A stretch of 64,000 nucleotides of DNA from the human T2T-CHM13v2.0 reference genome, Homo sapiens. Position numbers and translations under genes: made by a program. Below the pieces are notes generated by a model, which worked only from the letters and a program-made list of their open reading frames with translations, ran no database searches and was not told where the DNA came from. The stretch is taken from the NCBI RefSeq assembly GCF_009914755.1, contig NC_060948.1; one strand, written 5' to 3'. Numbering within the stretch: position 1 is the first letter of the stretch; each line of letters begins with the position of its first letter. Positions 29,743-44,010 of the stretch are shown here, piece by piece.

Positions 29743-32700
29743 GGCCTGGAATAAAGTGGAATGCTACGGTCTCGAATGGAATAAAAATATATGGAATGGA
29801 ATGCAATGAAACGTAATCGAATGTCATAGAATGTAATGGAATGCAAAAAAATGGAATCCAAAATCATTGACTGGAAAGGCTGGGTGTCGAAAGGAATTGA
29901 CTCCAATGGAATGGAATCGAATGGAATGGAAGTGAATAGAATCGAACTAAATCGAATGGAATGGAATTGATAGGAACGGAATGGAAAGGAATGCAATGAT
30001 TTGGCATGGAATGGAATCGAATGGCATCGAATGGAATGGAATGGAATGCAATGGAATGGAATGTATTAGAATGTAATGAACTTTAATGGAATGTACTCGA
30101 ATGGATTCGACTGGAATGGAATGTTCTGGAAGTGAATGGACTCCAATGGAATGGATTCAAAAGGAATGGAATCGTACGGAATGGAATCTAATGGAATGGA
30201 ATTAAATGGAAATGAATCAAATTGAATAGCACGGAATTGAATTGAATGGAATGGAATGCAATGGAATCTAATGAAACGGAAAGGAAAGGAATGGAATGGA
30301 ATGGAATGGACTGGAATGGAAAGGAATCGAAACGAATGAAATGAAATCGAACTGAAGAGACTGGAATGGAATGCACTGGAATGGAAGGGAGTGTAATGGA
30401 AGGTTCTCGAAAAAAATGGAATGGAATGGAATGGAATTGAATGGAACGGAATAGAGTCGAATGGAATTGAATGGAATGGAATGGACTAGAGTGAAATGGA
30501 ATCGAACCACAAGGAATGGACAGGAATAGAATGGTCTCGAATTGAATGGAATCGTATGGAATGGCATCAAACGGAATGGAATGGACAGCCACGGAATGGA
30601 ATGCACTCGAATGCAATGGAGTCGAAACTAATGGAATGGAATAGAATGGACTCGACTGGTACGGACTCCAATGGAATGGAATCGAATGGAAGGGAATCGA
30701 ACGGAATGGACTCGAAGGGAAAAGACTGCAATGGAAAGGTCTCGAATGGAATGGAAATTAATGGAATGGAATGGAATCGAATGAAATGGAGTCAAAAGGA
30801 ATGGAATCGAATGGCAAGAATTCGAATGTAATGGAATCGCAAGGAATTGATGTGAACGGAACGGAATGGAATGGAATCCAAAGGAATGGAATAGAATGGA
30901 ATGGAATCGAATGGAAAGGACTCGAATGGAAATCACTCGAATAGAATGCAATTTAATAAAATAGGATCAAATGTAATTGAATGGAATGGAAAGGAATCGA
31001 AACGAAAGGAATGGAGACAGATGGAATGGAATGGAACAGAGAGCAATGGTATAGAATGGAATGGAATCATCTGGAAAGGAATTGAATGGAATGGAATAAT
31101 ATGAAATGGAATGGAATGGAATGGAATGGAATGCCCTTGAATTAAATGGACTGGAATGGAATGGACTCGAACAGAGTGGAATGGAAAGTGTTGAGATAGA
31201 ATGGAATGGACTCCTTTGGAATGGTGTAGTATGCAATGCAATCGACTGGCAGGGAATCAAAAGGAATGTAATGGAATGGATTGGACTGGAATGCAATGGA
31301 CTCGAATAGATTGGAAACGGAATGCAAAGGAGTGGAATGGAATAGTATGGAATGGAATGGAAAGGAATGGAGTGGAATAGACTAGAGTGGAATGGAATGG
31401 ACTGGAAAGCAATGGACTGGAATGGAACTTTCTTGAATGGACTGGAATCAAACGGAATGGAATGCAATGCAATCAAATGGCATGGAATAAAATAGAATGA
31501 AAGAGAATCAAATGGAATTGAATCGAATGGAATCGAATGGATTGGAAAGGAATAGAATGGAATGGAATGGAATTGACTCAAATGGAATGGACTAGAATGG
31601 AATGGATTCGAATGGAAGGCAAAGGAATGGAATCTATTGGAATGGACTGTAATGGAATGGAATGGAAGGGATTGGAATGGACTCGAATGCAATGGACTGC
31701 AATAGAAAGGATTCGAATGGAATGAAAAAGAATTGAATGGAATAGAACAGAATGGAATCAAATCGAATGAAATGGAATGGAATAGAAAGGAATGGAATGA
31801 AATGGAATGGAAAGGATTCGAATGGAATGCAATCGAATGGAATGGAATCGAACGGAATGGAATAAAATGGAAGAAAACTGGCAAGAAATGGAATCGAAAT
31901 GAATGGAGTGTTATGGAACGGACTCAAAAGGAATTGAATGTAATAGAATGGAGTGGAGTGGACTCGAATATAATGGACTGGAATGGAATGAAATCACATG
32001 GAATGGGAACGAATGGAATGGAATGGAAAGGAATGGAATCGAATGGAAAGGAATCGAATGGAAGGGAATGAAATTGAATCAACAGGAATGGAAGGGAATA
32101 GAATAGACGGTAATGGAATGGACTCGAATAGAATGGACAGGAATGCTCAAATTGAATGGACTCGAATGGAATGGAAACGAAAGGAATGTCATCGAATGGA
32201 ATTGAATCGATTGGAATGAAATCGTATAGAATGGAGTGGAATCAAATGGAATTGAATCGAAAGGAAAGGAAGCAAATGGACTGAAATGAAATGGAATGGA
32301 ATTGAATGGAAAGTTATGTAATGGAATAGAATGGAACGAAATTTCACGGAATGGAATCAAACTGAATGGAATCAAATCAATGGAATCAAATCAAATGGAA
32401 TGGATAGGAATTGAATGGAGTAGATTGGATTGGATGGGATTGGAATGAAATGTACTGGAAAGGACTCGAATTTCATGAAACGGAATGGAATGAATTGGAA
32501 CGGAACGGACTGGAATGGAGTGGAATGTCATGGAATGGCATCAAATGGAATGGCATCAAATGGAATGGAATCGAATGCAATGGAATGCTATGGAATGGAA
32601 TGGAATGCATTGGAATGGAATGTCCTCTAATGGAATGGATTCGAGTGGAATGGAATCGAATATAATGGAGTCGAATGAAATGGAATTGAAAGGAATGGGA

Positions 32701-33321
32701 TCGAATATAATGGAATATACTGGAATGTAATGTAATGAACTCGAATGTAATTGACTGGAATGGAATGTACATGAATGGAATGTAATCGAATGGAAAGTAA
32801 TCCAATGGAATAGAATCTAATGCAATAAAATCGACTCAGATAGAGTAGAATGTAATGGAATGGAGTGCAGTGCAATGGAATGGAAAGGAATGGAATGCAA
32901 TGGAATGGAATGGAATTGAATGCAATGGAATGGAATGGAATGGAATGGAATGGAATGGGATGGAATGGTATGGAATGGATAGTAATGGACTGGAGTGAAA
33001 TGGACTGGAAAGGAATGGACTCAAATTGAAAGAGCTCGAAAGGAATGGAGTCAAATGGAAGGGTCTGGAATGTAATGAACACGAATGTAATGCAATCCAA
33101 TAGAATGGAATCGAATGGCATGGAATATAAAGAAATGGATTCGAAGAGAATGGAAACAAATGGAATGGAATTGAATGGAATGGAATTGAATGGAATGGGA
33201 ACGAATGGAGTGAAATTGTATGCAGTAGAAGGGAATAGAATGGAATGCAAGCGAAAGGAAAGGAATGGATTGGAATGGAATGGAATTCATTGGAATGGAA
33301 GGGAATGTAGTGTAATGGACA
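29743..33321 (+). repeat. DYZ1 unit U9, 3579 bp (longest)
   Basis: GGCC-to-GGCC interval; extra EcoRI site at 30818-30823. Confidence 0.9.
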
Positions 33322-36300
33322 GGCCTGGAATAAAGTGGAATGCTACGGTCTCGAATGGAATAAAAATGTATGGAATGGAATGCAATGAAACGGAATCGAA
33401 TGTCATAGAATGTAATGGAATGCAAAAAAATGGAATCCAAAATCATTGACTGGAAAGGCTGGGTGTCGAAAGGAATTGACTCCAATGGAATGGAATCGAA
33501 TGGAATGGAAGTGAATAGAATCGAACTAAATCGAATGGAATGGAATTGATAGGAACGGAATGGAAAGGAATGCAATGATTTGGCATGGAATGGAATCGAA
33601 TGGCATCGAATGGAATGGAATGGAATGCAATGGAATGGAATGTATTAGAATGTAATGAACTTTAATGGAATGTACTCGAATGGATTCGACTGGAATGGAA
33701 TGTTCTGGAAGTGAATGGACTCCAATGGAATGGATTCAAAAGGAATGGAATTGTACGGAATGGAATCTAATGGAATGGAATTAAATGGAAATGAATCAAA
33801 TTGAATAGCACGGAATTGAATTGAATGGAATGGAATGCAATGGAATCTAATGAAACGGAAAGGAAAGGAATGGAATGGAATGGAATGGGCTGGAATGGAA
33901 AGGAATCGAAACGAATGGAATGGAATCGAACTGAAGAGACTGGAATGGAATGCACTGGAATGGAAGGGAGTGTAATGGAAGGTTCTCGAAAAAAATGGAA
34001 TCGAATGGAATGGAATTGAATGGAACGGAATAGAGTCGAATGGAATTGAATGGAATGGAATGGACTAGAGTGAAATGGAATCGAACCACAAGGAATGGAC
34101 AGGAATAGAATGGTCTCGAATTGAATGGAATCGTATGGAATGGCATCAAACGGAATGGAATGGACAGCCACGGAATGGAATGCACTCGAATGCAATGGAG
34201 TCGAAACTAATGGACTGGAAGAGAATGGACTCGACTGGTACGGACTCCAATGGAATGGAATCGAATGGAAGGGAATCGAACGGAATGGACTCGAAGGGAA
34301 AAGACTGCAATGGAAAGGTCTCGAATGGAATGGAAATTAATGGAATGGAATGGAATCGAATGAAATGGAGTCAAAAGGAATGGAATCGAATGGCAAGAAA
34401 TCAAATGTAATGGAATCGCAAGGAATTGATCTGAACGGAACGGAATGGAATGGAATCCAAAGGAATGGAATAGAATGGAATGGAATCGAATGGAAAGGAC
34501 TCGAATGGAAATCACTCGAATAGAATGCAATTTAATAAAATAGGATCAAATGTAATGGAATGGAATGGAAAGGAATCGAAACGAAAGGAATGGAGACAGA
34601 TGGAATGGAATAGAACAGCGAGCAATGGTATAGAATGGAATGGAATCATCTGGAATGGAATTGAATGGAATGGAATAATATGAAATGGAATGGAATGGAA
34701 TGGAATGGAATGCCCTTGAATTAAATGGACTGGAATGGAATGGACTCGAACAGAGTGGAATGGAAAGTGTTGAGATAGAATGGAATGGACTCCTTTGGAA
34801 TGGTGTAGTATGCAATGCAATCGACTGGCAGGGAATCAAAAGGAATGTAATGGAATGGACTGGACTGGAATGCAATGGACTCGAATAGATTGGAAACGGA
34901 ATGCAAAGGAGTGGAATGGAATAGTATGGAATGGAATGGAAAGGAATGGAGTGGAATAGACTAGAGTGGAATGGAACGGACTGGAAAGCAATGGACTGGA
35001 ATGGATCTTTCTTGAATGGACTGGAATCAATCGGAATGGAATGCAATGCAATCAAATGGCATGGAATAAAATAGAATGAAAGAGAATCAAATGGAATTGA
35101 ATCGAATGGAATCGAATGGATTGGAAAGGAATAGAATGGAATGGAATGGAATTGACTCAAATGGAATGGACTAGAATGGAATGGATTCGAATGGAAGGCA
35201 AAGGAATGGAATCTATTGGAATGGACAGTAATGGAATGGAATGGAAGGGATTGGAATGGACTCGAATGGAATGGACTGCAATAGAAAGGATTCGAATGGA
35301 ATGAAAAAGAATTGAATGGAATAGAACAGAATGGAATCAAATCGAATGAAATGGAATGGAATAGAAAGGAATGGAATGAAATGGAATGGAAAGGATTCGA
35401 ATGGAATGCAATCGAATGGAATGGAATCGAACGGAATGGAATAAAATGGAAGAAAACTGGCAAGAAATGGAATCGAAATGAATGGAGTGTTATGGAACGG
35501 ACTCAAAAGGAATTGAATGTAATAGAATGGAGTGGAGTGGACTCGAATACAATGGACTGGAATGGAATGAAATCACATGGAATGGGAACGAATGGAATGG
35601 AATGGAAAGGAATGGAATCGAATGGAAAGGAATCGAATGGAAGGGAATGAAATTGAATCAACAGGAATGGAAGGGAATAGAATAGACGGTAATGGAATGG
35701 ACTCGAATAGAATGGACACGAATGCTCAAATTGAATGGACTCGAATGGAATGGAAACGAAAGGAATGTCATCGAATGGAATTGAATCGATTGGAATGAAA
35801 TCGCATAGAATGGAGTGGAATCAAATGGAATTGAATCGAAAGGAAAGGAAGCGAATGGACTGAAATGAAATGGAATGGAATTGAATGGAAAGTAATGCAA
35901 TGGAATAGAATGGAACGAAATTTCACGGAATGGAATCAAACTGAATGGAATCAAATCAATGGAATCCAATCAAATGGAATGGAGTAGATTGGATTGGATG
36001 GGATTGGAATGAAATGTACTGGAAAGGACTCGAATTTCATGAAACGGAATGCAATGAATTGGAACGGAATGGACTCGAATGGAATGGAATGTCATAGAAT
36101 GGCATCAAATGGATTGGCATCAAATGGAATGGAATAGAATTCAATGGAATGCTATGGAATGGAATCGAATGCATTGGAATGGAATGTCCTCTAATGGAAT
36201 GGATTCGAGTGGAATGGAATCGAATATAATGGAGTCGAATGAAATGGAATTGAAAGGAATGGGATCGAATAGAATGGAATATACTGGAATGTAATGTAAT

Positions 36301-36880
36301 GAACTCGAATGTAATTGACTGGAATGGAATGTACATGAATGGAATGTAATCGAATGGAAAGTAATCCAATGGAATAGAATCTAATGCAATAAAATCGACT
36401 CAGATAGAGTAGAATGTAATGGAATGGAGTGCAGTGCAATGGAATGGAATGGAATGGAATGCAATGGAATGGAATGGAATGGAATTGAATGGAATGGAAT
36501 GGAATGGAATGGAATGGGATGGAATGGTATGGAATGGATAGTAATGGACTGGAGTGAAATGGACTGGAATGGAATGGACTCAAATTGAAAGGGCTCGAAA
36601 GGAATGGAGTCAAATGGAATGGTCTGGAATGGAATGAACACGAATGTAATGCAATCCAATAGAATGGAATCGAATGGCATGGAATATAAAGAAATGGAAT
36701 CGAAGAGAATGGAAACAAATGGAATGGAATTGAATGGAATGGAATTGAATGGAATGGGAACGAATGGAGTGAAATTGTATGCAGTAGAAGGGAATAGAAT
36801 GGAATGCAAGCGAAAGGAAAGGAATGGATTGGAATGGAATGGAATTCATTGGAATGGAAGGGAATGTAGTGTAATGGACA
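33322..36880 (+). repeat. DYZ1 unit U10, 3559 bp
   Basis: GGCC-to-GGCC interval; 15-bp deletion near 35980; extra EcoRI site at 36137-36142. Confidence 0.9.
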
Positions 36881-39800
36881 GGCCTGGAATAAAGTGGAAT
36901 GCTACGGTCTCGAATGGAATAAAAATGTATGGAATGGAATGCAATGAAACGGAATCGAATGTCATAGAATGTAATGGAATGCAAAAAAATGGAATCCAAA
37001 ATCATTGACTGGAAAGGCTGGGTGTCGAAAGGAATTCACTGCAATGGAATGGAATCGAATGGAATGGAAGTGAATAGAATCGAACTAAATCGAATGGAAT
37101 GGAATTGATAGGAACGGAATGGAAAGGAATGCAATGATTTGGCATGGAATGGAATCGAATGGCATCGAATGGAATGGAATGGAATGCAATGGAATGGAAT
37201 GTATTAGAATGTAATGAACATTAATGGAATGTACTCGAATGGATTCGACTGGAATGGAATGTTCTGGAAGTGAATGGACTCCAATGGAATGGATTCGAAA
37301 GGAATGGAATCGAACGGAATGGATTCTAATGGAATGGAATTAAATGGAAATGAATCAAATTGAATAGCACGGAATTGAATTGAATGGAATCGAATGCAAT
37401 GGAATCTAATGAAACGGAAAGGAAAGAATGGAATGGAATAGAATGGGCTGGAATGGAAAGGAATCGAAACGAATGGAATGGAATCGAACTGAAGAGACTG
37501 GAATGGAATGCACTGGAATGGAAGGGAGTGTAATGGAAGGTTCTCGAAAAAAATGGAATCGAATGGAATGCAATTGAATGGAACGGAATAGAGTCGAATG
37601 GAATTGAATGGAATGGAATGGACTAGAGTGAAATGGAATCGAACCACAAGGAATGGACAGGAATAGAATGGTCTCGAATTGAATGGAATCGTATGGAATG
37701 GCATCAAACGGAATGGAATGGACAGCCACGGAATGGAATGCACTCGAATGCAATGGAGTCGAAACTAATGGACTGGAATAGAATGGACTCGACTGGTACG
37801 GACTCCAATGGAATGGAATCGAATGGAAGGGAATCGAACGGAATGGACTCGAAGGGAAAAGACTGCAATGGAAAGGTCTCGAATGGAATGGAAATTAATG
37901 GGATGGAATGGAATCGAATGAAATGGAGTCAAAAGGAATGGAATCGAATGGTAAGAAATTGAATGTAATGGAATCGCAAGGAATTGATGTGAACGGAACG
38001 GAATGGAATGGAATCCAAAGGAAAGGAATAGAATGGAATGGAATCGAATGGAAAGGACTCGAATGGAAATCACTCGAATAGAATGCAATTTAATAAAATA
38101 GGATCAAATGTAATAGAATGGAATGGAAAGGAATCGAAACGGAAGGAATGGAGACAGATGGAATGGAATGGAAGAGAGAGCAATAGTATAGAATGGAATG
38201 GAATCATCTGGAATGGAATTGAATGGAATGGAATAATATGAAATGGAATGGAATGGAATGGAATGGAATGCCCTTGAATTAAATGGACTGGACTCGAACA
38301 GAGTGGAATGGAAAGTGTTGAGATAGAATGGAATGGACTCCTTTGGAATGGTGTAGTATGCAATGCAATCGACTGGCAGGGAATCAAAAGGAATGTAATG
38401 GAATGGATTGGACTGGAATGCAATGGACTCGAATAGATTGGAAACGGAATGCAAAGGAATGGAATGGAATAGTATGGAATGCAATGGAAGGGAATGGAGT
38501 GGAATAGACTAGAGTGGAATGGAATGGACTGGAAAGCAATGGACTGGAATGGAACTTTCTTGGATGGATTGGAATCAAACGGAATGGAATGCAATGCAAT
38601 CAAATGGCATGGAATAAAATAGAATGAAAGAATCAAATGGAATTGAATCGAATGGAATCGAATGGATTGGAAAGGAATAGAATGGAATGGAATGGAATTG
38701 ACTCAAATGGAATGGACTAGAATGGAATGGATTCGAATGGAAGGCAAAGGAATGGAATCTATTGGAATGGACTGTAATGGAATGGAATGGAAGGGATTGG
38801 AATGGACTCGAATGGAATGGACTGCAGTAGAAAGGATTCGAATGGAATGAAAAAGAATTGAATGGAATAGAACAGAATGGAATCAAATCGAATGAAATGG
38901 AATGGAATAGAAAGGAATGGAATGAAATGGAATGGAAAGGATTCGAATGGAATGCAATCGAATGGAATGGAATCGAACGGAATGGAATAAAATGGAAGAA
39001 AACTGGCAAGAAATGGAATCGAAATGAATGGAGTGTTATGGAACGGACTCAAAAGGAATTGAATGTAATAGAATGGAGTGGAGTGGACTCGAATATAATG
39101 GACTGGAATGGAATGAAATCACATGGAATGGGAACGAATGGAATGGAATGGAAAGGAATGGAATCGAATGGAAAGGAATCGAATGGAAGGGAATGAAATT
39201 GAATCAACAGGAATGGAAGGGAATAGAATAGACGGTAATGGAATGGACTCGAATAGAATGGACACGAATGCTCAAATTGAATGGACTCGAATGGAATGGA
39301 AACGAAAGGAATGTCATCGAATGGAATTGAATCGATTGGAATGAAATCGCATAGAATGGAGTGGAATCAAATGGAATTGAATCGAAAGGAAAGGAAGCGA
39401 ATGGACTGAAATGAAATGGAATGGAATTGAATGGAAAGTAATGCAATGGAATAGAATGGAACGAAATTTCACGGAATGGAATCAAATTGAATGGAATCAA
39501 ATCAATGGAATCTAATCAAATGGAATGGAAAGGAATTGAATGGAGTAGATTGGATTGGATGGGATTGGAATGAAATGTACTGGAAAGGACTCGAATTTCA
39601 TGAAACGGAATGGAATGAATTGGAACGGAATGGACTCGAATGGAATGGAATGTCATAGAATGGTATCAAATGGAATGGCATCAAATGGAATGGAATCGAA
39701 TGCAATGGAATGCTATGGAATGGAATGGAATGCATTGGAATGGAATGTCCTCTAATGGAATGGATTCGAGTGGAATGGAATCGAATATAATGGAGTCGAA

Positions 39801-40436
39801 TGAAATGGAATTGAAAGGAATCAGATGGAATACAATGGAATATACTGGAATGTAATGTAATGAACTCGAATGTAATTGACTGGAATGGAATGTACATGAG
39901 TGGAATGTAATCGAATGGAAAGTAATCCAATGGAATAGAATCTAATGCAATAAAATCGACTCAGATAGAGTAGAATGTAATGGAATGGAGTGCAGTGCAA
40001 TGGAATGGAATGGAATGGAATGCAATGGAATGGAATGGAATGGAATGGAATGGAATGGAATGGAATGGAATGGGATGGAATGGTATGGAATGGATAGTAA
40101 TGGACTGGAGTGAAATGGACTGGAAAGGAATGGACTCAAATTGAAAGGTCTCGAAAGGAATGGAGTCAAATGGAATGGTCTGGAATGGAATGAACACGAA
40201 TGTAATGCAATCCAATAGAATGGAATCGAATGGCATGGAATATAAAGAAATGGAATCGAAGAGAATGGAAACAAATGGAATGGAATTGAATGGAATGGAA
40301 TTGAATGGAATGGGAACGAATGGAGTGAAATTGTATGCAGTAGAAGAGAAAAGAATGGAATGCAAGCGAAAGGAAAGGAATGGATTGGAATGGAATGGAA
40401 TTCATTGGAATGGAAGGGAATGTAGTGTAATGGACA
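36881..40436 (+). repeat. DYZ1 unit U11, 3556 bp (most diverged)
   Basis: GGCC-to-GGCC interval; deletions of 1, 10 and 2 bp; extra EcoRI site at 37032-37037. Confidence 0.9.
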
Positions 40437-43400
40437 GGCCTGGAATAAAGTGGAATGCTACAGTATCGAATGGAATAAAAATGTATGGAATGGAATGCAA
40501 TGAAACGGAATCGAATGTCATAGAATGTAATGGAATGCAAAAAAATGGAATCCAAAATCATTGAATGCAAAGGCTGGGTGTCGAAAGGAATTGACTCCAA
40601 TGGAATGGAATCGAATGGAATGGAAGTGAATAGAATCGAACTAAATCGAATGGAATGGAATTGATAGGAACGGAATGGAAAGGAATGCAATGATTTGGCA
40701 TGGAATGGAATCGAATGGCATCGAATGGAATGGAATGGAATGCAATGGAATGGAATGTATTAGAATGTAATGAACTTTAATGGAATGTACTCGAATGGAT
40801 TCGACTGGAATGTAATGTTCTGGAAGTGAATGGACTCCAATGGAATGGATTCAAAAGGAATGGAATCGTACGGAATGGAATCCAATGGAATGGAATTAAA
40901 TGGAAATGAATCAAATTGAATAGCACGGAATTGAATTGAATGGAATTGAATGCAATGGAATCTAATGAAACGGAAAGGAAAGGAATGGAATGGAATGGAA
41001 TGGGCTGGAATGGAAAGGAATCGAAACGAATGGAATGGAATCGAACTGAAGAGACTGGAATGGAATGCACTGGAATGGAAGGGAGTGTAATGGAAGGTTC
41101 TCGAAAAAAATGGAATCGAATGGAATGCAATTGAATGGAACGGAATAGAGTCGAATGGAATTGAATGGAATGGAATGGACTAGAGTGAAATGGAATCGAA
41201 CCACAAGGAATGGACAGGAATAGAATGGTCTCGAATTGAATGGAATCGTATGGAATGGCATCAAACGGAATGGAATGGACAGCCACGGAATGGAATGCAC
41301 TCGAATGCAATGGAGTCGAAACTAATGGACTGGAATAGAATGGACTCGACTGGTACGGACTGCAATGGAATGGAATCGAATGGAAGGGAATCGAACGGAA
41401 TGGACTCAAAGGGAAAAGACTGCAATGGAAAGGTCTCGAATGGAATGGAAATTAATGGAATGGAATGGAATCGAATGAAATGGAGTCAAAAGGAATGGAA
41501 TCGAATGGCAAGAAATCGAATGTAATGGAATCGCAAGGAATTGATGTGAACGGAACGGAATGGAATGGAATCCAAAGGAATGGAATAGAATGGAATGGAA
41601 TCGAATGGAAAGGACTCGAATGGAAATCACTCGAATAGAATGCAATTTAATAAAATAGGATCAAATGTAATGGAATGGAATGGAAAGGAATCGAAACGAA
41701 AGGAATGGAGAGAGATGGAATGGAATGGAACAGAGAGCAATGGTATAGAATGGAATGGAATCATCTGGAATGGAATTGAATGGAATGGAATGATATGAAA
41801 TGGAATGGAATGGAATGGAATGGAATGCCCTTGAATTAAATGGACTGGAATGGAATGGACTCGAACAGAGTGGAATGGAAAGTGTTGAGATAGAATGCAA
41901 TGGACTCCTTTGGAATGGTCTAGTATGCAATGCAATCGACTGGTAGGGAATCAAAAGGAATGTAATCGAATGGATTGGACTGGAATGCAATGGACTCGAA
42001 TAGATTGGAAACGGAATGCAAAGGAATGGAATGGAATAGTATGGAATGGAATGGAAAGGAATGGAGTGGAATAGACTAGAGTGGAATGGAATGGACTGGA
42101 AAGCAATGGACTGGAATGGAACATTCTTGAATGGACTGGAATCAAACGGAATTGAATGCAATGCAATCAAATGGCATGGAATAAAATAGAATGAAAGAGA
42201 ATCAAATGGAATTGAATCGAATGGAATCGAATGGATTGGAAAGGAATAGAATGGAATGGAATGGAATTGACTCAAATGGAATGGACTAGAATGGAATGGA
42301 TTCGAATGGAAGGCAAAGGAATGGAATCTATTGGAATGGACTGTAATGGAATGGAATGGAAGGGATTGGAATGGACTCGAATGGAATGGACTGTAATAGA
42401 AAGGATTCGAATGGAATGAAAAAGAATTGAATGGAATAGAACAGAATGGAATCAAATCGAATGAAATGGAATGGAATAGAAAGGAATGGAATGAAATGGA
42501 ATGGAAAGGATTCGAATGGAATGCAATCGAATGGAATGGAATCGAACGGAATGGAATAAAATGGAAGAAAACAGGCAAGAAATGGAATCGAAATGAATGG
42601 AGTGTTATGGAACGGACTCAAAAGGAATTGAATGTAATAGAATGGAGTGGAGTGGACTCGAATATAATGGACTGGAATGGAATGAAATCACATGGAATGG
42701 GAACGAATGGAATGGAATGGAAAGGAATGGAATCGAATGGAAAGGAATCGAATGGAAGGGAATGAAATTGAATCAACAGGAATGGAAGGGAATAGAATAG
42801 ACGGTAATGGAATGGACTCGAATAGAATGGACACGAATGCTCAAATTGAATGGACTCGAATGGAATGGAAACGAAAGGAATGTCATCGAATGGAATTGAA
42901 TCGATTGGAATGAAATCGCATAGAATGGAGTGGAATCAAATGGAATTGAATCGAAAGGAAAGGAAGCGAATGGACTGAAATGAAATGGAATGGAATTGAA
43001 TGGAAAGTAATGCAATGGAATAGAATGGAACGAAATTTCACGGAATGGAATCAAACTGAATGGAATCAAATCAATGGAATCTAATCAAATGGAATGGAAA
43101 GGAATTGAATGGAGTAGATTGGATTGGATGGGATTGGAATGAAATGTACTGGAAAGGACTCGAATTTCATGAAACGGAATGGAATGAATTGGAACGGAAT
43201 GGACTCGAATGGAATGGAATGTCATGGAATGGCATCAAATGGAATGGCATCAAATGGAATGGAATCGAATGCAATGGAATGCTATGGAATGGAATGGAAT
43301 GCATTGGAATGGAATGTCCTCTAATGGAATGGATTCGAGTGGAATGGAATCGAATATAATGGAGTCGAATGAAATGGAATTGAAAGGAATGGGATCGAAT

Positions 43401-44010
43401 AGAATGGAATATACTGGAATGTAATGTAATGAACTCGAATGTAATTGACTGGAATGGAATGTACATGAATGGAATGTAATCGAATGGAAAGTAATCCAAT
43501 GGAATAGAATCTAATGCAATAAAACCGACTCAGATAGAGTAGAATGTAATGGAATGGAGTGCAGTGCAATGGAATGGAATGGAATAGAATGCAATGGAAT
43601 GGAATGGAATGGAATGGAATGGAATGGAATGGAATGGAATGGAATGGGATGGAATGGTATGGAATGGATAGTAATGGACTGGAGTGAAATGGACTGGAAA
43701 GGAATGGACTCAAATTGAAAGGGCTCGAAAGGAATGGAGTCAAATGGAATGGTCTGGAATGGAATGAACACGAATGTAATGCAATCCAATAGAATGGAAT
43801 CGAATGGCATGGAATATAAAGAAATGGATTCGAAGAGAATGGAAACAAATGGAATGGAATTGAATGGAATGGAATTGAATGGAATGGGAACGAATGGAGT
43901 GAAATTGTATGCAGTAGAAGGGAATAGAATGGAATGCAAGCGAAAGGAAAGGAATGGATTGGAATGGAATGGAATTCATTGGAATGGAAGGGAATGTAGT
44001 GTAATGGACA
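40437..44010 (+). repeat. DYZ1 unit U12, 3574 bp
   Basis: GGCC-to-GGCC interval; (GGAAT)10 at 43596-43645. Confidence 0.9.
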
